This document shows positions 52,886 through 64,000 of a DNA stretch of 64,000 bases, piece by piece (within the stretch, counting starts at the first letter, position 1; every line of letters starts with the position of its first letter). The notes below the pieces were generated by a model. The model worked only from the letters and a program-made list of their open reading frames with translations. It was not told the DNA's origin and made no database searches. This DNA is from Podarcis melisellensis (Eukaryota): the NCBI GenBank assembly GCA_964234715.1, contig OZ174284.1; one strand, 5' to 3'. The position numbers were made by a program, and so were the translations under genes.

Positions 52886-55800
52886 AGCTGCACTGAGTTT
52901 TGCCTAACATTGGGGGGGGGGGGCGTATGCATGGTGGTTACCCAGATCTATGCCCTCAAACATGCCAGGAGCCCAATATGTTCACAATTCCACCAAGAAT
53001 TCATAGTTATGTCAACTTATGCTACTGAAGTGGGCTCCCTTCACAGAGGAACCATGCACACATGTACACACATTTCAATAGGGTTGGAGCCATGCATGAG
53101 TTAATACCAGTGAAAAGAAGGAGAGGAAATTAAAAGTGAAAAGTTGAAAGCCTAGCACATGACTCTTCCTCTATCACATCTGTGAATCCTGGAGCGTGAG
53201 AGTAATTGTCTGAAATGAGTCAGACCAAAGGCACAAGGAAACAGTTGCTATAGCAACCCCCCTCGCTGCTCTAATTCTGCGTAGAATTAAAACGTTATCA
53301 AATGATTTAGGAGAAAAGGGGGGCAGCTCAAAATCTATGGGCACCCCTCTCAAAATGTCCTGCAGTGTTGTGAGCCTCCTCTAGGACAAAGCCACGGGCT
53401 TTTTTCCCTTCAAGCACAACAGCAGAAGTAATGCAGAGACAAACCAGCAAGGAGAGCATTGGATAGATAACTCTGAGCTCGACAGCGTCAGCTGTATGAG
53501 AGATTAAACCAACTCCTCGGCTGCAATTTCAAATCTGGAATGGGATTCAAGCCAGCAGATTGGAGATGTGGAATATTTCCTTGGGAAATCCACAAGTATC
53601 AGCAAGGCATTTCCAGTAAAACTCTCACACTGGCACAACCCCATCCCAGCACAGGAATGAGGCACAGGAATGAGGCACAGCATAGAAACTCTAAAACAGC
53701 ATATTCCTCCTTTAAAATCAAAATGAACTCCTACTTAGGCTTTCCCCTATATGGTGGGATAAACAAACCAACATAATGAATAATTAACTTTGTGTTTAAA
53801 AGGAAATTATTGTGAAACTTCTAATACAGTTTTCTGTATAAATATCTGTGCATAAGCTTGAACTACCACAGCTACTTACAATGCCTCCACCTCTACTTTC
53901 CCAACAGTTAACTTAAATGGAGAGAATAGAAACGGTAAAGCCAAAAGGCTGCTCAGCACCTGGTCTTTGCTGGAATTCAGCCCTGTTGTCATGTATTTGC
54001 AGTTAGTTAACCTAACTATCCCACAAGGCTATGTCTGCACGAATGGCTCCCAATGGAGAATGTAGTGAGAAGAAGGGTTGCAACGAGCCCTTTAAATTGG
54101 GACCAGTGGATTTTCTGCACTTGTGCCAAATGCACAGAACCTGCACAATGGCTTGTGAATATGAAGCAGGCCTTCTGACTTTTCTTCCCTTCTGTACCTC
54201 TATGTGCCGTGTCACAAGCTACTTTGAAACGTTGTCAGGTACTGTGCAGGGGAAAATAAGTCAGAAACTCCTCTGTGTGCACGTAGCTCACAAGATTGAT
54301 GGTTGTCTTCAACTTACTGAGTGATTAAAAAAGACCCTTTGATGCAAACAGAGAGGTGGTTTGGGGAACAGCAAAATACAGTGCCTTAGAACTCCTTTGT
54401 ATTGGGAAGGGCAGATCCATCTATGAAGTACTTTGAAGTTTTAAGCCATGGCATGCAGATCATGGTCCTATACGAAGCAGCAACCAAAATCAACTCTTTA
54501 AAGCACACAGACACATACACAAACTGGAGTTCATGTTTGGAATTATGATTAGATTCCAAGCAAATAATTCACTTGAGGAGAAGGTCACACAATAAGAGAG
54601 ACATCATATATACACAGACCAGGGAGACAGCAGAACTCCCGCACAGATTCCAGCAGTTTCACTGGGACTTTAAATCTGTCAACAGCTGCGATGTAACTAC
54701 AGCAGTTTCTCCCTAGTGAAGCATAATGCCTCAGGTTATTGACTCACATGAGAGAACAGTCAGTAACGTTATCTAGAGTGGGGTTAGGAATTCCTCATAT
54801 TATACAGATTTATGTTTGTCATATATAGAGAGCTGATTTAGCCAGCGAGAGACTCTAGGCTTATACCTCTGGAGACAAAATAGCCCCAATTAAACCATAA
54901 TTAATAATTATGTCTTAGTTAATGTTTGCACAGTGATCAAAAGCTGTTAGGTACATTACAGTAGCAAATAGGCTTCCTAATTCACTGAGAAAGATATGGT
55001 TTAGACTGCAGAAGCTCCCTTCATGTGGTTTCTACCTAAAAAAGGCCACAGCCTAAACTGAGCTAGCAGTACAGAAAAACACTCAGTATTCAGGGACATA
55101 CACAGAGGCAAAGATGACATATTTGTCTTTTATATTCTGTCCAGAACATAACCAGAAGCAAATATTTTGCTGCTTATTGCTAATAAAAAATTGATATTTA
55201 ATGCTCTGCCCCTTCTTGACCACCCTGATCCTTAAGATTCTATATCTGGTTCTAGCCCACTTTTTACATGGTCCTAAGCAAGTGTAAGATTTCTCCAGAG
55301 GTCTCTGTTCACATCCTTTGGCTTCCTTCTTCCCTCAACTCCATGCTTCAGTTCTTACAAAGAAATGCATCTAAGGCTGCATTAGTATCATGAGTTCACA
55401 TATGCTCATAATGCAACTCCCTTCTTTGAATGCTACAAATACAAAACAAACCAGCAAAACATATGACCGATTGTTCATTTGACTTTTAGCAATTTTCTGA
55501 AATGTCACTATCAGCCAATACCTTTTCCTCCAGCCACTTCGCAGCGCTCACTCTCCATTCTCTCCAAAACACCTGTCTCTCCACTCAATTCTCTCCTGAA
55601 CTCACCACTCACTGCTACCATTATAAAACCTCAGACATCAGTTAAACCACTTCAAGGACATGAAGAAGTTACATGAATGCCCCCAAACTACACATTGTAC
55701 ATCCTTAAAAGACTAAGCCATCACAGATTCACAAGCATTGAGAGCTTTTAACATGGCTAAGCTGAACAGTCTTAGGTTTCAATTTTTGTTCTGAAAATTG

Positions 55801-55905
55801 CCCATTTGATAAGGTGTAGAGATCATTCATGGAAAACTCAATTGTCATTTGTTCAGTGGGTTTTCCGAGGGAAAGCAGAGAGCCTATCTATCTACCTACC
55901 TACCT

Positions 55906-56028
55906 AGTGCTATTTTTCTAGAAAAATAGGTGCCAGAACTCACCATGAACACCTCCCTTGTTCTCTTACAATGTCAATGGAGCCCACCTGAGAGGTGCCA
56001 GACCTGAGTTCCAGAGAAAAAAACCCTG
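55906..56028. mobile_element. Short hAT-like MITE
   Basis: Termini TAGTGCTATTTTTCT / AGAAAAAAACCCTG; internal GGTGCCAGA repeats and GAACTC/GAGTTC inverted motif. Confidence 0.55.
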
Positions 56029-56029
56029 A

Positions 56030-56030
56030 T

Positions 56031-56106
<76 letters not shown>
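56030..56106 (+). repeat. (TTTC)n microsatellite
   Basis: About 19 units read directly. Confidence 0.97.
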
Positions 56107-56107
<1 letters not shown>

Positions 56108-56581
56108 ACACTGCTTGAACACAGACCTAAAAATCTCAGACCTGTGCCTAGAAAGCGCAACATGAAAGGAAGTGTGGGTGAGCCCGGAACCTTTAACTGA
56201 AAAAGCAAACAGGTGAGGCTTTAGAGGCTGCTTCCCAGTCCTTCTGCCACAGAACTGTACAGCTTCCCCAGGTATGCCCCTTTAGGGCATTTGCAGGAAC
56301 TCTATAGTCCTGAAAATTAGCAGACTTTTTTGGTGAGTGGGCATGTGCAGAAAAGTGGCAAGAAACAGATATGATGTTTTGTCAAACACAAAAATGACAA
56401 TAACTATACATGTGACTTTGTCTAAGGCCTAGTTTTAAATAGACGGATTTCAGACAATAAATTCTGTGACAAGTGATGGGTCACCTACCAGTTTGCAAAA
56501 GAGACAATTTCATACTAAATGAAGTGTTTCCCTATCCTTAACCTCAACCCTAATCCTCAAGTGTATTGAAAAAGTTCCTAC

Positions 56582-56659
56582 CTGCAGCGATTGCCGTCTT
56601 CCCACCTACAGTCACAGCCACAGAAGTGCTCACAGTTACCGCCTCAGGCAGACCTCCTT
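56582..56659 (-). CDS. CACNA2D4: CACNA2D4 internal coding exon (78 nt): (E)GGLPEAVTVSTSVAVTVGGKTAIAA(A)
   Basis: tcttgacag|AAGGAGGT...GCTGCAG|gtagga; phase 1/1, joins in frame to exon 11819-11880. Matches human VVTASTAVAVTVDKRTAIAAA. Confidence 0.92.
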
Positions 56660-59600
56660 CTGTCAAGACATAAATGAAGCAAATTTAGTACCTGACCCTG
56701 TATCCCTAAGGAAGAGGGTCTTAGAACTGACACTCACAAATCAAGCACAAAACTGCAGTACAGAGAAGGCTGAGGTTTAATCTACACAAACAGCACAAAC
56801 CTGTGTCAAGACTCCAGGCTGCAGGTGGAGATTCACCTGAGTGATTGCTCCTTCAAAGATTAAAAAGTCCCTACACATGTCTAAGATGTCACAGAGACAT
56901 CTCCATAATGTGTGTGTGTGTTTATTAACTCAAAATACTTATAGGCTGACTTTCCAGGCAAGGGTGGCTTGCAACAATAAAAATAGCAAAATATTGACAG
57001 TACAACCATAAAGCCATCAGATCCATCCCAAGAAAACAGCCAATAAAAATACTGAACCAGCAAATTAAAACACTTTCCACAGCAATAAAAAAATAAATTA
57101 ATCCAGCTGTAGAAATGTTTTTCATGAGGAAGCATTCATTCATGTTTGCCCATCCTTGTAATCTGAAATGGTACAGCCAAGATACAGCTTTAATACTCCA
57201 GCCGCTGTTTGTCTGAACTGAGTCTCTTAAAATCCTCAGAAGCTGCTCTGTGCATTACTGACCTCGCCACCCTTAATTAGCATAACAGGATTGCTTAGTT
57301 TTCAAAAATAGGGAGCTACAATCATATCTGAATTTTTCAAACCAATAAAGATTCCAAACAGCATGTTAAAGAAGGATGTGAAGAACTGGGAATGTGCTCC
57401 CATTCAGAAAGTAGCATAGAGAAGATTCTCTGTGATAGCAACTAAAACATCTGTTTCCACATTTATATACAGTGAACTGTCAAATTGCCTATGGAAGTTT
57501 ATAAGCAAAAGGCATCATGAATCGCTTGATATATTCATCCTATTTCCTGCTATGGGACCCCAAATATCCTCAGCAGGAAACTATGGACAGTGTGAACTAT
57601 GTTCCTAATGAAATTTCACAGTCATAAATACCACAGGCTTTAGCGGAGAGGGATGTCTATAGGCCCAAGTGGTTGCTAGGGACAACCATGGAATGTTCAT
57701 TCAAGTGGCTGCCGCTCCTAGCAAATGCAGTTAAGGCCTGTAGACTTCTGGTAGTAGCAGGTACATTTCTATGATATGCATGACCCATGAGCAGCCCTGC
57801 CACCAAATGATTCCATGTGAATGTCTTGCCTTGTTACAAAAAAAGGACTGCTGCAATTGTGGCATGTGGTATACATGTGGGTATGCATGCAGTTCTGATT
57901 CACTCACACTACTTCCTACAGGCAAATACAAGCAAGCTGGAGGTTGTTCACATTGACGTATTACCCTGGCAGGGCTACATGCATGAGCTAACCCAGTAAG
58001 ACAACTTAAAATGCTCCATAGTTTCTCCTGTCACACTGACAAAATGTTAATTAGTCAAGATTTCAGTCCATTTATTCAGTGGTTAGATTAATTCAGCCTG
58101 GAAGAAAAATGTTAGTTAATATTCAGTTTATCAACAGAGCGTCAGGTGTTTTTGATATTTGAAATATGTGTGACCTACCAAAGGAGCAGATAGGATTAAC
58201 TGGCCCTGTAAGGGGTGATGGCTGAATTCTGAAAGAACTGTTTTGACAGCCCTAAAGGTCATTTAATTTTGGATTAATCCAATATTTTAAAGAAATTTAT
58301 GGTCTCTCATTTGGGACAGGTGTTGCACAGCCACTTTTATCACAAAAGAAGACTACCACGCCAGTGAAATACTGGTACCCCAGAAGGTAACCACAGCATT
58401 GTTGCATGCCACCACAATCCCTGAGCATTGTGAAATTGCAAGAGTTCCAGGTGTTTACCCAGGGTTCAGTTTCCTCAGAATGAGAGTCAGTGGAGACCGT
58501 GGTATCTTTAGGATTTATTAATTATTTACACATATATACAACTTGAGCCTACACTGAAGAGGCTCACAGCATTAACATCAAGCATGTCTCTTCACAGGTT
58601 TCAGCCTACAGCCTGCTTATTGCTCAGCTCTCACACACCCCTCTGACAACTGTCCTTCCAACCAACTGCCAGGTGAAGTAGAGGGGCTCATCCATTTGTT
58701 CTCTAGCACAGAGCCACTTCATTTGTTACCTTAATGGCCCATACTTAAGGGGCCATCACCTTGCCAAAAAGCTGGCCTGGCTATTCCAGCAATTGATTCC
58801 TTGCTGGATCCAAGAATTAGAAGGGGACTCAGGCATAAAGTCTAACCCCCTGTGCCCCAAAATCACAATAGTAGATTAGAACCTGTTCTCTCAAAGAACA
58901 GATAGAGTGGACAACCTAATACTAGACAGTACTGTTTCACATGGTGTCTTCACATGCTTGAACACACCTCAGTACATAAACATTCCCTACACATAGAAAA
59001 CTACAGTATTCGGTAAAAAGTTAGGATGGAACTCCTCTCTCTGACATCTAGCTTGAAGTGCATTCAATTATGCCAGGCCCCATCTGCAGTCTGAAGTGCT
59101 ACAGTCATGAAACAGGTTCACTTCCTCATCTGCTATTTGAGAGAACTAGGCTTGTGAATCAAGTGTAGGCAAACTTGTTTATATTTCTTTGTGCTTTACA
59201 ACTGTTCCATTTTCTGTGTTAACAGGGACATTCTGAAGGTCAGGATTTCTGGTCACATCACACACAAACACATTTTTATTCCTTCACAGCATATTGCCTT
59301 ACAGAATGTTCTGCCCCAACATAAGGGTTTTCCTTTCTCTTCCCCCACAGTTCCAGAACTTGTCATTTGCTTTTTATTCTTGGCTCCATCACCAGTGCCC
59401 AATATGTCCTGAACATGACTTTGCAGCTTCATTCATTTTTAGCCTCAAGTCTTTGTGCAGATTGAAACAAACAACAAAAAACCTACAACAACACTGAAAT
59501 TAAGTTGATTTGTGGAAGGGCATTGCACAGACCTAAGGGAGCACTTGTTCAATTCAAGGACTCTCCTTCTGGATAGCATTCATATGCCTCAACCATTATC

Positions 59601-60706
59601 CTTGTGGCATTCAAAAATCCTCATTCTCACACTCATACACTTCTGTGTGTTTTGGGGACAGACAAAGGACACCAAAACCCTCCAGCAGAATGCCACGTGA
59701 CTTCCTGCAGTGTTATACATATAGATACAGCACAAACCCTAAGGAAATGAGAGCTTTTAGTTCACTTGCTGGACACAGCACTAATTCCAACTTCTGACCT
59801 TACCTTTTGCATGTTACAGCTCCAGGGGGAAATGATCTAATAAGAATAGCATGACATTCTCCCTCCCCACAGGCATATGCATTCTAATATCATGTTCATT
59901 ACCACATGGAGCAGGAGACAAATGTACTCCTGCAACCTCAAAAACCAGTTTGTCCCTGACACACAGTCTGGAAAGAGATTGAAGTGGTTTGAAGGAGTCC
60001 ACAGATGTCTATGTGACATCTGAAGGCAGCCCTGTTTTGGGAAGCTTTTAATCCCCCCCCCCCCGGGTATTTTTGTTGGAAGCCACCCAAAGTGGCTGGG
60101 GCAACCCAGTCAGATGGGCGGGATATAAGAAATAAATTATTAGTAGCATTAGCATTAGTATTATTAGTGTTCATACATGTTTCTTTTATCCTAATGCAAA
60201 TTCTAGTCAAGCATGTCCAGCAGCTTGAACTGAAGAAACATTAAAAGCCCTGCAAAATTTGTTTACTGAGGTGAAATTCGGATATGCTACACACCCGCTT
60301 CTGCCCACAACTTCCTCTTGCTTCTCATCAACCCACTCCCACATGGGTTTAATTTCTACATCTAGTTATTAACATTAAAAGGTGTCCTATGCACTTATTT
60401 CCAAATCATCTGGGGAGGCATTTGCATAAATTGGTCTTTGTATAGGGTTGGGAGATCCTGTGGTCAATATTATGAAGTGGGCCCAGAGACTAGTCATACC
60501 TACACTGATTTTAAGTTCTGCTAAAGAATAAGTGTGCGAGAGAGATTTTGGACAGCCCCAAATATCTGTCACCCAAGGTCAAAGCACACCTGCATGAGTT
60601 CACTAAACATTTGGTTTGTGTATAAAGTAGGGTCAGTACTGTATCACTAAATGGAGTACATAGTGAAACCCCATCTCCCACCCCACCTTACTTACTAACT
60701 GTAACT

Positions 60707-61053
60707 TAGGGTGGCGAACCTATTTCAGCCTGAGGGCCACATGCCTTTGTGGACAACATTCTGAGGGCTACATGCCAGTGGTGGGCAAGGGTAAGAGGCA
60801 AAAGAGCTAGAAGAAACCAATGTAAATTTTATGTCTGCAATGTAAGTTAATTTCAATACACACTCACACACCTTTCTGTATCCTCCATCCGGACAGGCCA
60901 GAGACATTATAAGGATTCAAGGGCACATTCCAGACAGGCAAAAAGACAGGGGGCAATGAAAGGTGCAGCCTAGGAAGAGGGGGTTCAAACAAGAGCCAGA
61001 CGGAGATGTCACAAGGATTGCATGTGCCTCAGGTCTGAGGTTCCCCTCCCCTG
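60707..61053. mobile_element. Degenerate hAT-like MITE
   Basis: Termini TAGGGTGGCGAACCT / AGGTTCCCCTCCCCTG; subterminal CCTGAGGGCCACATG / CATGTGCCTCAGG; flanks share TAACT. Confidence 0.55.
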
Positions 61054-63733
61054 TCCTAACTTACCTCAGAAGCAAGCCAGCTGATGAAAAGTGTTCAAGT
61101 AGCAAAGTATGGGGAAGTGGGCAGATTTTGTTCCACTTCCCCATTATATTCAGCTTTATAATGAAACCAGCAAGCAAATAAATATATCTGGTTTGTCCCT
61201 CAATTCCACTACAGAAAATGTGAGCAGAGCCTCTGTCGTTTATTGCCATTTCAAGGAAATCAAAGCTGTTACCCTGAAGTACTTTTTCTGTGGCAAAGTT
61301 TAAGCTAAAAACTAATTAGGTTTGAGGTAGCAGCAATGCTGAAAACAGATACCAGGTGCTGTGGGGATTTAACTACACTATGGCAACACCTGAGATCTTA
61401 TAAGGGCTTTGAGAATGTCAGGTAGTAAGAAAACATGAGGTCAGCAACTGCTAAAGCAGGGTGTAAAGAACCTATGTTGGACTTCAACTCCAATAAGCCC
61501 CAGGCAACATAACCAATAGTCAGGGATGATGGGAGTTGTGGTCTAACAACATCTTGAGGCCCACAGTTTAGCCACTTTAAAGGCGCAAGAGCCACAAAAG
61601 CCAAAGCAAGGCTTCTGGTGGCCAGATAATAAGGCTTCCTGGAAAGAGTGGAGTAAAGGTAAGTGTGGATAAGCCCTTAGGGAAGGGAACAGATGAAACT
61701 GCAGAGATAAAAGGCATAGAAGTTGAAGGAAAAATAGAGAGAGGAGGCCCAAGTGCAAACATTGTTCATGAGGAAACCTTCATTTCCAGGTCCTGGTCCC
61801 TTGCAAAAGAGCTACCCAAAATAACACATTAGAACAAGGGAACATTAATTTTTTGTATCATATGGAGTGTGTGGTGGGAAGAAAAGTGCCTCCTCCCATT
61901 ATGGTTATATATTCCTTCTCTTAAAGCATAGCTGGGGTAAACAGAATTGGCAAATGTTTGATTTAAAAATTACCAGTCTGGAAATGCTAGCGAAAGAGCC
62001 AGGCTAGGACTTGCAACACATAGAGTGAAAGCTGACATCATTAGTATGCCCATTATACAACATTAATACAGCTAATCAGTGGAACCTGATTATGATCAGG
62101 GGCTAGAAGAGCCTGACAGATCAAGGGTGGAGCCTGAGAGGAACTGGGCTGGGTCAACAGGAAATAATATTTTAAAAACAAGGAAACAAGCAAACCTTTG
62201 TCTAGCCTGCTATTGTTTATTAGTATTTCTGCCCCAAGGTTTCCAGAGCAGAGCTTTACTAATTGCAGCAGTTCTATAAAGGATAGCTGACAGATCTAGG
62301 AAGCGCAAAGGGGAAAACAAGGAAGGAGGGAAGGGCTGAGCTTCTTTATCTCCATTCCACATTCACATCCTGGTTCACATTCTTTTTCCCAGTCTTGTTT
62401 TCTTTGCTCAACTGCTGTCTTCTCTACCCACCCACCCTCCCACTACAATGCCAAAAAAAGCTTTGCAGCTAAAGCATTGTGCATTGTGATGACAGTGCCT
62501 GAATGCAGAAGAGGGTTGAGCAAAAGTACATAACGGTTTCCAGACCACATAGATTCCCCCCATTCTTTTGTGGTAGTTGTCATTGCTGTTCATTGACATC
62601 ATCTATTCCTCCCCGCCCTCCACAGAAGTGATTCCATGAGAACACTTTCTGAAACTTTACTTTGCACTGAAACAGTGAACCCTGAAGTCAGAAAAAGCAT
62701 TGGCTGATGAATATGCCCCTCCAACTACAGGTGTTTTCATTCAGTGATAACCAGACCCAGAAGGAGAAAGGGAAGAGAAGAGGCTTTCTGCTGGCAACTT
62801 CCCATGTATAACCTTGGAGCAAACACATGTCAAATTGGTAACTGATTGATACACTGGCATGTGTAGTTCCTCTTCACAAAGCTGAGAGTCCCCCTTGTAT
62901 CCTTCCATTACCTTAGTGTAATTTTGACTCACCTGCTGTGTGATTAATGAAAGCATATGGCACAAATTTCCCTCAGAGCTCTTCTGCACTGGGCTAATTT
63001 TGGCTGCCTTAAAGTACCCTTCTGTATGTCATTTTTCATGGTGAGCGAATCCTGCATCACTACACCACTGCGGCAAAAGGGTGAGATTTGATGATGACCA
63101 ACACAGCCTTCATTTAGCAAGTGAGATGAAATGTACACCACCCAGCTTGTGAGCAAAATAATGAAAGCCCCATTCTCATCAAAACAAAGTAATAACCTCA
63201 TCTCATCTCTGCAACATGCTGACAGCTATTCAAATTATTGCAATGATTAATAGGTCTGACCACCTGTCTGACATGCATACAAGTGTTCTCATGAGGGTAG
63301 GATAGTGCTGACTGCTCCACCTTTTTGGTGTCCAACCTTCATGAGTTCCAAGGGTGTCTCTGCTCTGAGACCTCAGTACATATAACAGAACATTCATCAA
63401 CATCCTAAGCGCAATCTGCTCTTCCTTGTTTTTGTTGCAGGTTGCACTGTTGAAACCTACAAATGTAGATCCCTGTGCTGGCAGGACATTAGAATATATG
63501 GGGGTTAAGGGGCAGCAACGTGTCAGTCTCCCATCAACAAGACAGTGCTAGAGATGCATGAGCTGCAAAAAGAACTCAATCCTTATGCCAGATTAATGTA
63601 CACAAAGCACTCCACTGCCGCCACCTTCCCTGCCCATCCTTGGGCCCATAAACTTTACAGGAGAAGTGGGGTGGAAACTGATGTGAACATTGTCATTTGC
63701 CCATGAGGGGTGTCTGGAAGCGTAGTTCTAGTC

Positions 63734-63868
63734 CAGGCACCCCAAACTCTGCCCTCCAGATGTTCTGGGACTACAATTCCCATCATCCCTGACCACTAGC
63801 CCTGTTAGCTAGGGATGATGGGAGTTGTAGTCCCAAAACATCTGGAGGGCTGAGTTTGGGGATGCCTG
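63734..63868. mobile_element. 135-bp palindromic hAT-type MITE
   Basis: Nearly fully self-complementary (CAGGCACCCCAAACT...GGGACTACAATTCCCATCATCCCT / AGGGATGATGGGAGTTGTAGTCCC...AGTTTGGGGATGCCTG); TSD TTCTAGTC / TTCTACTC. Degenerate relatives lie at about 61458-61577 and 33990-34105. Confidence 0.88.
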
Positions 63869-64000
63869 TTCTACTCCATTGTCTGTGTGACAAATGGATG
63901 CTTGGAGTGTCCATGCTACCACCTCTGCCACTGTTGCCTGTCCTTCCACCCAGGTAAGGTTTGTGTTGGGCTTGGGCAGGAAAAGATGGCCAGTGCTGGA

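Noticed and set aside
59814-60002. ORF ending ...FLLDHFPLEL resembles the alpha2delta-4 segment FTLDRFPLWY expected in the next upstream exon
   Set aside because: It lacks the invariant WY, hits a stop immediately, and has no flanking similarity or suitable splice sites. The real exon appears to lie beyond 64000.
61061-61249. Perfect minus-strand donor GAG|gtaagt at 61064 after ...AGLLLR
   Set aside because: The upstream peptide is not alpha2delta-like and no convincing acceptor was found. At most a cryptic site.

Overview
This is eukaryotic genomic DNA from a vertebrate. The repeat content (Sauria SINE, Squam3-like and MIR-like SINEs, CR1/L2/Penelope remnants, many short hAT MITEs) points to a squamate, probably a lacertid lizard. 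The window holds a nested, antisense gene pair. (1) Six internal coding exons of CACNA2D4 (voltage-gated Ca2+ channel alpha2delta-4 subunit) lie on the minus strand at 56582-56659, 11819-11880, 5999-6043, 3027-3089, 1993-2063 and 160-235. All have GT-AG boundaries and compatible phases, and the gene runs off both ends of the window. (2) The complete coding sequence of LRTM2 (LRR and transmembrane protein, 371 aa; exons 39030-39096, 42521-43111, 45181-45638) lies on the plus strand inside one 44.7-kb CACNA2D4 intron (11881-56581). This arrangement is known from other vertebrates, so it is not new. Almost all other ORFs in the supplied track are spurious. I found no prokaryote-type system, CRISPR array or novel protein-coding system. 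The leads most worth following are a young 749-bp hAT element with a perfect TSD and a CpG-island-like cargo (candidate Pack-hAT), an RE1/NRSE site and two candidate alternative first exons for LRTM2, and an inverted pair of Sauria SINEs flanking three CACNA2D4 exons (circRNA/editing candidate). Gene and repeat family names come from recalled sequence similarity, not from database searches.
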